Assembly (NCBI GenBank): GCA_010093815.1
Contig: ML996573.1
Length of the DNA: 64,000 nucleotides
Direction: 5' to 3' (one strand)
Origin: Pseudovirgaria hyperparasitica
Taxonomy: Eukaryota
The notes under the pieces were generated by a model, which searched no databases, was not told where the DNA came from, and worked only from the letters and a program-made list of their open reading frames with translations. Below are positions 1-12,306 of the stretch, piece after piece. The position numbers and the translations under genes were made by a program. Positions within the stretch are counted from its first letter, which is position 1. Every line of letters starts with the position of its first letter.

Positions 1-1039
1 ACTAAGAGAGTCCTACATGTAAGATTCCAGGACAGTATGAATCACCACACGTGACGCGTGCTCAAACGGGGGGCACAATGATGACTTGGTACGCGAGCTC
101 GCCACGATGCACATGGAGAAACAGCAGCCACTTCACGTAGATATGCAAAAGGTACAGAATAGGACTTGCGAGATTTCCATTTGCTAAAGCTCGACGCCGG
201 CCTCGCAGCCTCGGATGAGGTAAATATGCACTGCGAGTTCCCCCGACGGAGCGCTTGAATGTATACACTACATACCAAGCATCGTGCGCCACCACCGAAC
301 AACAAAACACCAAAACAAAACAGTCCCGAAATAGGACCAAACCAAGCCGAAAGCGAAAGCGAATGCAAGCGCCTGTCCATGAAAAAATGCCAGATTTATC
401 CCAATTTGTGGCACCGCGAGACTTTGACGACATGAAAGGCCGTGACGTCGTGAGAGAGTGGGTATACCAGCTAAAATGCAGTAGCATGCAGAATGGTGCT
501 AGGACGCATGCTGTGTACAACAAACGAGAGAAAAAACTTTAATTCCGGTAAGAGGATGTTTCTTTTTCTTTTTCCAAAAAGACCCTGTGAACTTGTGTTG
601 GATTCTCCGGTGGGTGAGACAGTGGGAAGCGACTGAAGGGCGCCAGGTCCTGTTCGCGTGGAGATGAAATGAAATATATGCTGTTGAAAACACCGTGGGC
701 CTGGCCTGAGTATGCATATAACCAAGGGAATGATGCGAACGGAAGGAGACGAGATTGCGGTCGACTGAATCATACCCCGGATCTATCATCTAGATTGGTC
801 CTAAGAAATCGCCGTCTTGGTGTTTTTTCATCTGTATGGTGATTGTTCCGCTGGTTGTGGCAGAAATTTATAGGCAAACCGTACATGCCAAAGGTATCGA
901 TGAGGCCCGAATGTCCCAGCCAATGCAACGGCTGTCGACATGCAAAGATAACGCCGAGATGCTTACACTGAACCAGTGTGCGATGCACATGTGGAAGCCA
1001 TGATGAAACGCCGCCATGTATGATGTCTTTTCAGATTTT

Positions 1040-1041
<2 letters not shown>

Positions 1042-1123
<82 letters not shown>
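1042..1123. repeat. (GT)41 perfect dinucleotide microsatellite
   Basis: Uninterrupted GT run of 82 bp ending 5 bp from the stop codon of the minus-strand ORF at 1129. Confidence 0.98.
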
Positions 1124-1125
<2 letters not shown>

Positions 1126-1128
1126 GCA

Positions 1129-1704
1129 TTAGCGGCTGGCGACTGGCCTAGCACGCATCTGATGTCCCATATCACCACGACGTTGAGCTTCTTCTCTGAT
1201 CAATTTTTCGACGAGGTCATTCTGGGAGGTTTTAGTAGGCGGAGCTCCAGTGCCAGCAAGAAAGTAGCCACCGGCATGCTGTTGTTGCTCAAGTTCCAAC
1301 GGCGTAACTGGACCGGGACTGCCTAGAGGACAGAGACGAGGGCTCGCGGGATCCGGGCCATCGGCAGATTTGTGGTTCCTGGCGTTGGCAGCAATGAGCT
1401 CACGTTGGTAGATGTAGAGCTGGCGCTGGGCGTCAGAGTACTGCTTGTGCTGCATCCGGGGCGAGACGGGAGCGGTCGGAGTATTGGAAACAGTCGGAGG
1501 AGTATTGCTGGCGCTGCTATTCTGGTTTGATGGAAAATTCGCCGGATGGAAGCGAGGCAGTGATGGTAGCTTCAACTGTCCGACTGGTTGTCCCGAACCA
1601 TGAGATCGGACTGGCCGACGCTGCTGCGAGGGGATCTGTAAGGACTCCATTCTAGTGGGAGAGAGCGGCTGCAAAGGAGAGCGAGGAGGACCTCTTGGAG
1701 ACAT
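1129..1704 (-). CDS. Pro/Ser/Gln-rich conserved-looking fungal hypothetical protein (may have additional upstream exons)
   Basis: 191-aa ATG ORF with protein-like motifs (LKLPSLPRFHPANF; SPRLCPLGSPGPVTPLELE; GYF); the 5' end is not certain. Confidence 0.7.
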   Translation of the reverse strand: MSPRGPPRSPLQPLSPTRMESLQIPSQQRRPVRSHGSGQPVGQLKLPSLPRFHPANFPSNQNSSASNTPPTVSNTPTAPVSPRMQHKQYSDAQRQLYIYQRELIAANARNHKSADGPDPASPRLCPLGSPGPVTPLELEQQQHAGGYFLAGTGAPPTKTSQNDLVEKLIREEAQRRGDMGHQMRARPVASR

Positions 1705-3036
1705 TTTTCGAGAATTGAGATATCAAAATGCGAAATCGAAACGCCGAGGCGGCCGCAATCGGCGATTGGGCTTCCTCACCGCACAGGAATGTTTAGCACC
1801 GGAAGACGGAGGGTGAAAGTGAGAGCGGTGATACGGGAGTGTAAATTTATTGGAGAAGATCTGTCTTGCAGCGGGTGGTGAGTGGCGTCCTGATGCGAGA
1901 AATGCAGGTAGAAGGATGTAGTGTGTTGTGTTTGGTGCAGTTAATTGGGAGAGTTTGAGGAGGATCGACTGCCGATGACGCCTTGCCGTGGGGAGTTCTC
2001 TGGGCAAGGTACCGCGACACTGCTTATAAGTCGATTGACAGAAGCTCCAGAGCAGTCTGGCAATGACGAGGCTGTGCTAGCGGAGAGTTGTAGGGGCAAT
2101 GGAGCTGGAAATGTAGGAGAAATAGGCCGGAAGTAGGAGAAGTCGAGTTGTGCTGCGCAGCCACTCGAATGAACCATGGATGGTACAAAATGCAACAATC
2201 TAAGGTGAAAGCAGTTGGCAGCCGGCAGCCCTAAGTACAGTTTAACGAGTATTAGAACAATAGAGCGGTAGCGGTGTTGGCGGTAGCGATGCAGGGGCCA
2301 GTTGGGTCTGTTGGGTCTGTTGAGTGTTGGTTCGTGCTGGTATTATTACTGGACCCTTGATAGAGAAGATGCACAGTTCAAGACTTCTTTAACTTTCTAC
2401 TGTAACTTCTGACTTCAGGCGGAGAATATTCTAGCATTGATGCTACTAATGCCACGATTCGGTGCCTGAGAGGTTCGCAATGAATAGCAAATCCTCCGTT
2501 GCTGCTAGTCTTCCACCGGATGGTGTCGAGTTTCGAAAATGTGCTGTTTTTGTTGGTTGCGGAACTGAAAACAGCGGAGAACGGCCCATAGACGTCTCCA
2601 ATTATGATTTATGATTCCCACACAGCTGGTTCGGTGGAGCTGCGAGCTGTGAGCTGCGAGCTGTGTCGGGAGCAGGACGGTGGACTGTAGACTATAGACT
2701 GTTTGCCGTGGTGGATGTGATGTGATGTGATTAATGCGATGTGAATGGATATACTCCCTGTGAGCCTTGTGCATTTGGTGGCGCCATGCGATCATTCCAC
2801 GCCGGACGAACCGACAGCTGAGACGATGACGCTGTTTGGACTTGTCCTGACTCCCAGCTAATAGTATCAATACACACATTCAGAGATCGGCTTAATACGA
2901 CCAATAACAATTTACAACAGGGGGCGACTTTGACACAACAGTTGCCGTTCCCGTTCCCGTCAGTCACACTCGCACTCGCATCCTTCACCGCATTCAGTCT
3001 ACATGACTAGTACCAGGGATTGGCAGCGTCCTTTAC

Positions 3037-3084
3037 AGTCAATCATGGAGTAGAGTCAATCATGGAGTAGAGTCAATCATGGAG
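3037..3084. repeat. 17-bp tandem repeat AGTCAATCATGGAGTAG x2.8
   Basis: Exact copies at 3037-3053 and 3054-3070, partial copy at 3071-3084. Confidence 0.95.
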
Positions 3085-4027
3085 GGGAGTGGACTCGGTG
3101 TAGTACATGATATTATTATGCGAAGGCATGCCGATGGATGCAGGTCACAAAAGAAATTCCGTTCCGTCGTCACGGACATGAACCAGCACTGCAAGGACCT
3201 CGGTGGACTGACTATTACTGTACCTAAGCCTTTCTACATTACCATGCCCGGACAATGCCATTCTGTGATTGACATCCATCTGACTTTGCTTATGCCTGCA
3301 TAGCATTTAACTCTGCACTAGCGCCTCATCGTGACCGCCATCAATACGCAATAACACACGATGCATCATCCAACGGTCTTCTGCACTGTTATTGATCCGA
3401 CATGTACTGTATCAATCTCAGTATTACCATCGCACATAGTACCTTGGTAGCATGGCCCCCCCTCTGCTCGAGCGCATCCGCGTATCATGCGTGCGCTGGA
3501 TGTGACGTAGGCCCGGGTATTCTAGGGATGGGGCGTGCCTAGATACTACTAGTACGTACTACGTACTGAGTGGTATCGTGGTAAGCTGGCTGAGTAGACG
3601 ACTCCGCCAATCGTTGTCTGCCACCCCGGCCCTGATATGATCTTGATCGATTCCTGTGGCCGTCTACCATAATTACCTGTCATTTATTGGAGGCGTCGCC
3701 CACATACTTCTACATAGTATATGTAGGGAGCACATAAGATGGTGGGGTAGAACACGCCCAAGCCAATCATCTATTTTTCCAGACGTCAATCCTCCTTGAC
3801 CCAGGATTGCGTCGCGTATGCTTGCCGTGTCCCGATTGACGGCTGCATGTGAATTATATGTTTAATGGAGGGTGGCTGGTATGCGTGAGGAGCAAGAGCA
3901 AGTTGAAGCATTCTGTCCATCTCGAGAATGATTTTACGTCTTCTATTGTCGCTATCATGCCTAGATGTAATTTATTTTGATACCATAGCTCTGCCATTTG
4001 GGATGCCTATAGAGACACATGTCATAT

Positions 4028-5492
4028 TTATCTGGCTCCAAGCTTGTCCAGCGCTCGAGCTCCCTGCTCCTCCCACTCCGCCTTCGTTACCCACATATCC
4101 TCCTTGTCTGCCATCTGCAACTGCATTAGCACCGCCGCAACTGTGAAATTATACCACACTTACAATGTTGGCAAGCACAGCACCACCAAGGAACACCATA
4201 TGCCGTCGTCGTGGTGGATCTTCTATGCGGACCTTGAATTTCTACTGAAGCATCAGCACCATCACGTCTATTAAGCTCTCCAACATTACTCACATTTAGC
4301 CTCTCAGGATTGCCCCCAAGCACTCTAGTAAGCCATAGCTGCTTCAATTCCTTCTCCAGTCGGCTTGGCAGACCGGGATACATACTGCTCCCACCACTGA
4401 GCACAATAGCCTTGTACAAGCTGCTACGAACGTCCACATCTGCCGACTGAATCATGTTAAACAGCATCTCGGCGATTCCGGGCTTCTCGTTATCAACCAG
4501 GTGGGGTTGAAACAGGCACTCCGGCGCTTCAAACCTCTCGCTCCCTACTCGAATAACGCGCCCGTCCGGTAAGGTGTAGGACTCTACTAGTGTGGTGGTC
4601 TCCTCGCTGAGCCTTTGGTCGAGCTCAAGATCGTACGAGACATAACACAGCTTCTCTTTGATCTGACGAACAGTTTCAAAATCTGCCGTACGGTTCAAGG
4701 CGTAGCCTCTGCGAAGTAGGAGTGCGATCAAGTTCCTGGTGATGTCTCTTCCTGCCACGTCCAACCTTCTCGTCAGATGATTTAGGACTGTGCTTTCGTA
4801 CACCGGAACGATATGCGTGACACCATCTCCTGAGTCGACCACTACACCAGAGGAGAGACCTTGTGCATAGAGCGCCAGCACCGCTTGGATGGCCACGTAG
4901 ACCCCGCCGAAATCGTATCGTTCAAACATGACTTCTGCCATTTGCTCGCGGTTCCGAACCGGATTCATCGGGGGCTCTGTTAGAAGGATCTTTCTACCCT
5001 GTGGATTTATGCGTAGTTTCTCGAAAAAAGTGAAGTCCCATAGGTGTTGCATGTCCTCCCATCCACTCTGTCTCACGATGCCATTCTCCATCTACAAGAA
5101 GCAGTATATTAGCTTCTGTCTTGGTACGAGTACTGTTTGATGACCCAGCCAGAATATCTGTCTTTGATGTTTTCATACCGGGTACGTTATTTGCAGCATT
5201 GACCGGGCCGCAGCAGCCTCGTCGCCGCACATAATATCCTTGACTACAATATCGCCATCTCTTTCTTCGGACCGGAGAATTGGTCGACCGACAATGGAAG
5301 GAAACTGGTGATCTGGGAAGTTCTACAACGATGAGTCGCTGGCACTCAAATACAATCTTATATACTGACCGTTCCTGCATAACCGACTTTGAGGAACCCA
5401 GTCCCGCCATCAAGGACTATGCATTGTCATTAGCTCTGTGTAGTGCGGTAGCTCGATGCCTGGTATGATTTACCAATGGGTACCTCCGCCAT
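4028..5492 (-). CDS. ARP2: Actin-related protein 2 (Arp2/3 complex)
   Basis: Six exons (5492-5474, 5416-5370, 5322-5179, 5091-4294, 4241-4164, 4114-4028) joined by GT-AG introns give [21 protein letters not shown]...LLTEPPMNP...[11 protein letters not shown]...[13 protein letters not shown]...W. Confidence 0.97.
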
Positions 5493-5806
5493 TGCCGAAA
5501 TATTTGCTGAATGGTCTCGAGTATCGAGTGCTCGCAGCTCAAGATCGCGCAACTGTCACAGAGTAACCTGATCGTAGCGTATGCCTGGAGGGGTTGGACC
5601 GTTGCGTGTACCATTGGCGGTGGGCCGTGCGAAAGTCTTGGATGCCTGAGGCAGCCGTAACCCACGTTCTTTCTTGGAGTTCGACCAAAATTCGCTTAAG
5701 CGATATCTCGCACTTTTCGAGCGGCCCACCGAATCTCGTCCTCAACCACCACCCTTTCGACAATCTACGGCAGAGTACCAGACGGCAACGCCGCAACACC
5801 GCCAAC
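5493..5806. promoter_or_regulatory. Short (314 bp) bidirectional promoter region between ARP2 and RPL5
   Basis: Head-to-head start codons at 5492 (-) and 5807 (+). Confidence 0.7.
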
Positions 5807-6913
5807 ATGCCTATGGTAAGTCCGACCTGAAGTTCCGCCTCTGGGACTTTTTCTGCACTGCGCGAAGCAAGTCCAGTCTGTCCTATCCCATCGATAGAGT
5901 CACCGCAAGTTGCTTCGAGTGGGAATTGAAGCGTTAATTGCTGACTCGGCTTGCACTTATAGTCAAAGTTGCAAAAAAATACTGCGTACTTTTCGTGAGT
6001 CTCTTACCGAGTCCTTCTATGATCTGTCTGCTAATATCTCAGGCGGTACCAAGTAAAGTACAAGCGCAGACGCCAGGGCAAGACCGATTACTATGCTCGC
6101 AAGCGCCTCATCACTCAGGCCAAGAACAAGTACAACGCTCCTAAGTACCGCCTTGTTGTACGCTTCACCAACAAGGACATCATCTGCCAAATCGTGTCCG
6201 CCGAAATCGTCGGTGACAAGATCTTTGCTGCAGCCTACGCCCACGAACTCAAGGCCTATGGTATCACACATGGCCTGACCAACTGGTCTGCTGCTTACGC
6301 CACTGGTCTCCTTGTTGCTCGTCGCGCCCTCAAGAAACTCAACCTTGACGAGGACTTTACTGGTGTTGAGGAGGCTGATGGCGAGTTCACTCTCACCGAA
6401 GCCGCCGAGGGTGATGATGGCGAATCCAGACGCCCCTTCAAAGTCTTCCTTGACGTCGGTCTTACCCGTACCTCCACTGGAGCCAAGGTCTTCGGTGCTA
6501 TGAAGGGCGCTTCTGACGGTGGTCTTTACATTCCTCACTCCGAGAAGCGTTTCCCCGGTTATGACATTGAGTCCAAGGAGCTCGATGCCGAGACCCTACG
6601 CAAATACATCTTTGGAGGCCACGTCGCTGAGTACATGGAGACTCTCGCCGACGACGACGAGGAGCGCTACAAGTCTCAGTTCCAAGGCTACATTGATGAT
6701 GACATTGAAGCTGATGGCCTTGAGGAGCTGTACGCTGAGGCACATAAGCAAATTCGTGCGGACCCATACAAGAAGGACCCCGAGGCACCAGCCCCGAAGT
6801 CCAAGGAGGAGTACAAGAAGGAGTCGCTGAAGTACAAGCAATACAAGCTCAGCAAGGAAGAGAAGCTCGAGCGTGTCAAGGCCAAGATGGCGCAAATCAA
6901 GAGCGACGCATAA
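5807..6913 (+). CDS. RPL5: 60S ribosomal protein L5 (uL18)
   Basis: Exons 5807-5815, 5963-5994, 6043-6913 give [36 protein letters not shown]...; strong C-ending codon bias. Confidence 0.97.
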
Positions 6914-7792
6914 AACGACTCTCTTGCATGTTCATGGTATTGGGTGGCGTCTTAGGAAAACTGGTGACTTGTGAAGTCTTCACACGAGTATTACGATAGG
7001 TTGTATCTTCCTTCGTAAATGTCCAACCAACGAATTCAAAATAAAGCATTGCCAATACCATGGCTTCTAGTGACCAAATAGCAGGCCACCGTGAACGTAT
7101 CGAATCAGCCGTGGTCGCGTGATAGATCCATGTATCCATGTAGTGCTCAGATGTACGTAGTCGGTTTTCATACTGCTGTCGAGAAATTCATACAGCTGGT
7201 GGACAGTTGGTGTGACACTTCGACAATGGATTAAGCATCTTGCCTGGCCTTGCTCAAGCGTTGAGGGTGTTGCAGACGAACAAGTATGAACGTGAGTTCT
7301 CTAGATTGGCATGTTGAGCTGCCAGGGCATGAGTTCGGTGTTGACTCGGCTGGTCTGATGAGTTGTGTTACCGTATTGAGTTCACTCCGACGTGCACGAC
7401 CCACCCGAACATGACACCGACCGCGCCGGCAATCGTCATAGGGTTTGGTTTGGTACGTGCCGACCACTGCGCGGTAGCACTTATCTTGATCATTGCTTAT
7501 AATTCACTCAGTATCTCTGGTATCACTGCTCAGCTGCAACAAATGTAGCTTATGCAATATTTCTAATGCCAGTTGGTCATTCTCAGCCGCGACTTCTACT
7601 ACTAATCATTACGCTACGAGTTCGCCGCTCTAGACCCGGCTCCCCTCGTTCCTCGTGCTTCAGAACAGCCCTATTAGCCGGGTCAGCTCGCGACCTTCTA
7701 TGTATTCCGATCTGTGTCATATCTCTATTCACGACTTATAACCTACCTGCGATATCTTCCTACCGAAGTTCGTCTGTTCTGGCGTTTTCTGG

Positions 7793-10700
7793 ATGATGGA
7801 AGACATCCATGGGGTTGACGTCTCATGGGTGCATCATTCGAACAAAGGTCAGCGACGCCCGGGCACGCCTGTGATCCCGCGATGCCAACCCACAATCACA
7901 TTATCCGCGCATGCGCTCTTTCATCAGTGATCATGTCTAAATATTCATACAGGGCCACATCAGCGACAGCGCGCACATTCTTCGCCCGGCCTATCCAAGG
8001 ATGTACCGCCGAAGACCTCATCTCATGGCGGCTTGCCCTCTCCGCCACCCGAACTATCACCACCGGAGTCACCCTCTCAAACGATACCAGAGCCTCCAGA
8101 TGAACTCACAACTTCATCTACCACACCTCCAATGCCTGTCCCACTAGGAGGCTTGAAATTGCAGGGCAAAAGACCAGGCATGTTGTATCGCAACAGTTCG
8201 GACAAAGAAAAGAACACGTCGCTGCCGCATGATAAGTCGCCGAAACGTCCTTCATGGATCTCGAGTATCAGCTCCAAGTTCTCTCAGACGTCTGTTCCCC
8301 AGAGCGATCAATTGAATGTTGCATCGTCAAGTGTTCAGACAACGGCCAGCTCAAACACAACCGGCAAAGTACAAGAAGCCTCAGAAGAAGTTGATTCCAG
8401 TCCTCAGCAATCACCAAAGTCCGGGGGAGCTTCGTTCTTTACAAGTGCGCTGAGACGGTTGTCTTCTGGGACACCTATAACTGGAGCTGGCAAGGCCGTG
8501 CCTAATGGCGGAGTTTGTCCTCGTCGAGTCCTCAACGTCGATCCGAATCGAGAGAGATGTGTAATGCCGGAGCTTAACAATGCCAAGCTGAGAAAAGTCG
8601 CGTTTTGTGTAGACGTTGAAATTGCGGGTGGCCCGCGCTACAAGGATGAAGAGGAAGAGCTTGGTAGAAAGAAGAAATTCAATGAGAAAAAATCGAAGGA
8701 TTCTGGCGAGGGAGAAGCTCTGAAAGACCCCGGAAATATGGTAGAGAAGAAGGATGCGTATATAGCGGAACACGAAAAGAATGCAGCTGCAACTACCCTT
8801 CAGCCTTCAGCTGCTCAGCAAGTTCCCCACGCGACCGAGGACAAGAAAGATGGGAACAAGAAGAAGGAGAAGAAAAAACGCTCAGAAGCTGAACGTAAGG
8901 AGAGGAAGGAAAAGAAACGTCGTAAGGCGGAGGAGAATGGACAGATACCCATGGAAATCAACCAGGAAGATTCAAGTGGAACCTCAACACCCGCCGGTAC
9001 AGCACCTGCTCGACCTCAGTCACGGCCTACTACCGATCCACTAAGAATATACCGTCGCTGCTGCCAGCTTAGAGAAACCCCGATCTTGAAGAGAATTACC
9101 GAACAACTTGCTCAGCCGTCCACCTGTCCGATTGAAACACCTGGAATCGTCTCCTGCCTGGACCTGACAGGATCGAGACTGCAACTAGCTGATGTTTTTA
9201 CTCTCAGTGACTGGTTGGCCATAGTCCCAGTTAAAAGACTTCTCCTCGAAGACGCCGATCTGGGTGATGAGGCTGTTCGTGTGATTCTAGCAGGTCTTCT
9301 AGCAGCGCGACATCCGGAATATCCTAGGCGCAAAATTGGAAGCTCTTCGCGAGACAACTCTATACGGTCGACGTTGGGAGGATACCAAGAGCGGTCAGGA
9401 TTCGTTGAGAAGATCAGCTTGAAGAACAACCCCAAAGTCGGCAAAGAGGGCTGGAAGCATATTAGTCTTTTCATCTACATGTGCAGATCTCTCCGGGCGC
9501 TCGATGTCTCCATGATTCCCTTTGGCCGTGAACGTCCGAAAAAGAATAACGCTCCCGGAAAGCGTGCTTCAATGGAGTTTCACGCCTCCCACTCAGAACT
9601 GGCTGACATATTCTCGAAGGCTATCTCTGAACGACTGGGTGGTTCAAGATTTGAGGAATTGATCATGGCTGAATGTTCCTTAGACACAGAGGACGTTAGG
9701 AAGATAGTCGACGCGATCACCTGGAGTGGCCTCAAGCGATTAAGTCTTGCTAGCAACAACCTTAGCGATGCTGCTCTTGAATACGTATGTCGATACATAC
9801 GTTCAGGAGTTCCTGATGGGCTTGATTTGGGGGGTAATGACATGTCAAACCGCCTAGACCACCTTTGTTCCGCTTTCACCGGATCTTGTCAAATCTGGGC
9901 ACTCAGTCTTGCGGATTGCAATCTGATGCCAGATTCACTCAGACCGCTCTTCCAATCTTTAATCACCTTACCCAACGTGCGATTCTTGGACTTGTCCCAC
10001 AACCGCAAGCTTTTCTCGCAAGACCCAAGCGCTCTCACGATATTGCGCAAGTATCTTCCACAATTCACTACGCTTAAAAGAATCCATCTGAACGATTGTT
10101 CGATGAAGCCGGCGCAGGCTATTGGGCTTGCAGAAATAATCTCAGAAGTTCCTCATCTCGCTCACATAAGTCTTCTCGAGAATCCACAACTGTCAGCTCT
10201 AGCCAAGGCAACAGACGAAGCTGGTCAGGAAGAAGCTTGTGCCCTTTACGCGTCACTGATGTGCGCTGCTAGAGTCTCGAGCTCCGTCATATGTATTGAC
10301 ATTGACGTCCCTGCGCAAGAATCAAGTGAAATCGTTAAGGCTCTGGCAAAACAGGTTGTGGCTCACTGTTTACGCAACATGGAGTCATGGACTGCGGCGG
10401 ATGCTGCCCAAGCTGGCGAGCAGGGCTTATCTCTGGAAGGTGTCAAGGATACGCTCTCTGATAGGCAAGTCGAAATCCCTGAAGTCCTGCTTCATCTCGT
10501 CGGTAATGCTGAAGGCGGTGACTACGATACTGCACCAGACGATGACTACATCGTAGGTGGTACTGGTGTTGTGAAGGCGCTCAGTTACTGTCTTCTTGAG
10601 AAAGCCTCGGACTCGCGGCGGTCTTCAGTACCAGTCAGCGGCACAGCTTCACCGAAGAATGCAATCGAGCAGCGTACAGGAGGTGTCAAGGCAAAGAATA

Positions 10701-11443
10701 TGTCCAGAGATCTTCTCGGCAGTGCACGAAAGATTCGAGAACGTATACAACCCGCCATAGTTCGAGAAAGTAAAGGCACTGACGAGATGGCTTACAAACG
10801 CCTACTATTCCTCGACCAGACGCTCCAAGGCATTATAAGACGCTTCGAGACCGAATACCCCGACACGCGCATCGAACATGATACTCCGCCTGACCCTGAC
10901 ACTGCATCCGAGAAGTCGTCTCCTCCATCTTCACTCGCTGAGTCCGCCGCCAAAGAGCTTTCCGTTAATACAGAAGCTACCACATACGAATCCGAGTCAG
11001 ATGATGGCCGTGTAGCATCACCCGCCCTCCTATCACGCCACAATTCTGACGTCTCATTCGCATCGCGGGCTCTCGGTAAAGAAGAGGGTCACATCCACCG
11101 CCTGAGTCAGAAGGTCCGGCGCGACATTCTGAAGAACTCCTCACCCTCACAGCCACTTCCAGGCGAAGCCGGTGGATATGAGCCAGCCCATATATCTGCT
11201 CTGCGGGCCAAGTTTGCTCAAATTCCTGGCGATGAGTTGCTCCGTGGTATACAAAAGGAGGGTTGGGACGCTACATTCAAGCGTATGGGCGAGAATGCGG
11301 AAGAGCTCAGACGCCTACAGGAGGAGAACCCAGAAGACTTCCAAGCGTTCAAGGAGGCACAGCTTGCGGCGCTGGAGAACGTTGGCCATCAAGACGCGGA
11401 GGCTGTGAGGCAAGGTGGTAGCAACGTTGCTGTCAAAGACTGA
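7793..11443 (+). CDS. Mhp1/Gip3-like RNI-type leucine-rich-repeat protein
   Basis: Exon 7793-7847 (MMEDIHGVDVSWVHH), intron 7848-7952, then a long exon in frame with the 1136-aa ORF; LRKVAFCVDVEIAG (RVxF-like), YRRCCQLRETPIL and LRR repeats. Confidence 0.85.
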
Positions 11444-11861
11444 GTAAATCATGATGGTTTACGCTTTGTTGTGTACTTTGCCAGCTCTCTCATGGAGTTG
11501 AATGAATTTCTTTTCTCTACTCGCTCGATACCACTGTACATTTACAGTCTTTACTGTTAGTAATGCTTGTTAAAACTATGGGATTTTTGGATGTCATTTC
11601 TATGGAAAGCGGAGCTAATGGAATCACGATGTATATTATTTGACTCAGAACCTAGGATGCAGTCAGTCTCAACCAAAGTCTCTTTCTTGGAACAGGTTCT
11701 GTTCAAGGTGCTTGACCGTTGTATATGCTAATACACTACTATGAAATGTACGTATGCCCCACTAGCCCAAATTGACCATGCGGCGCACCGTACCTCCTGC
11801 TATCGTCTGGCCCCTCTATTCCTCGCCTGCCCACACCTACAAACCCTCAAATCCATTGACC

Positions 11862-12236
11862 ATGTCCCATCTAATTGACGTCCGCACACCCGAAGAGTAC
11901 GCTACCGGCTTCCTGGGCAATGCCATCAATATACCTTATCAAGACATTGCGTCTCTCGTCGCGCGGCCAGACACCAAGAAGAGCGATGACATCACACTTT
12001 ATTGTCGGTCAGGACGCAGGTCGGGCATTGCATTGGGCGTGTTGAAAGAGTTGGGGTTCGTGAATGTGCGTGATATTGGGGGCCTGGAGGAGGCGAGGGA
12101 GGTGCTTCGGATGGAAGCTGAAGCTAAGCAGATTGAGGAAAGAGAGAAGGGAGGTAGAGAGAAGAGGGCTGATAGAGAGGGCATGAGGGAAGCATCGAGG
12201 AGGTTGATGGAAGGATTGAGGGACTTGGGGGAGTGA
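11862..12236 (+). CDS. Single-domain rhodanese (PspE-like thiosulfate sulfurtransferase)
   Basis: IDVRTPEEY, GNAINIP, active-site loop LYCRSGRRS, GFVNVRDIGG; intronless; charged C-terminal tail. Confidence 0.85.
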   Translation: MSHLIDVRTPEEYATGFLGNAINIPYQDIASLVARPDTKKSDDITLYCRSGRRSGIALGVLKELGFVNVRDIGGLEEAREVLRMEAEAKQIEEREKGGREKRADREGMREASRRLMEGLRDLGE

Positions 12237-12306
12237 TGATGACTAGAGACCATGGTGAAAATTTGAACGATCAACGCGCTATGAGGGCATTGCGAACGTC
12301 TTGCCG

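Noticed and set aside
3037..3084. Direct repeats as CRISPR-like array
   Set aside because: Head-to-tail copies with no spacers in a eukaryotic genome; a simple minisatellite.
5816..5962. Longer RPL5 intron 1 as a possible snoRNA host
   Set aside because: No box C/D pair or H/ACA architecture recognisable.
6017..6900. Long antisense ORFs over RPL5 (and similarly over SQT1 and the esterase)
   Set aside because: Expected shadow ORFs from strong codon bias or high GC; no independent protein features.
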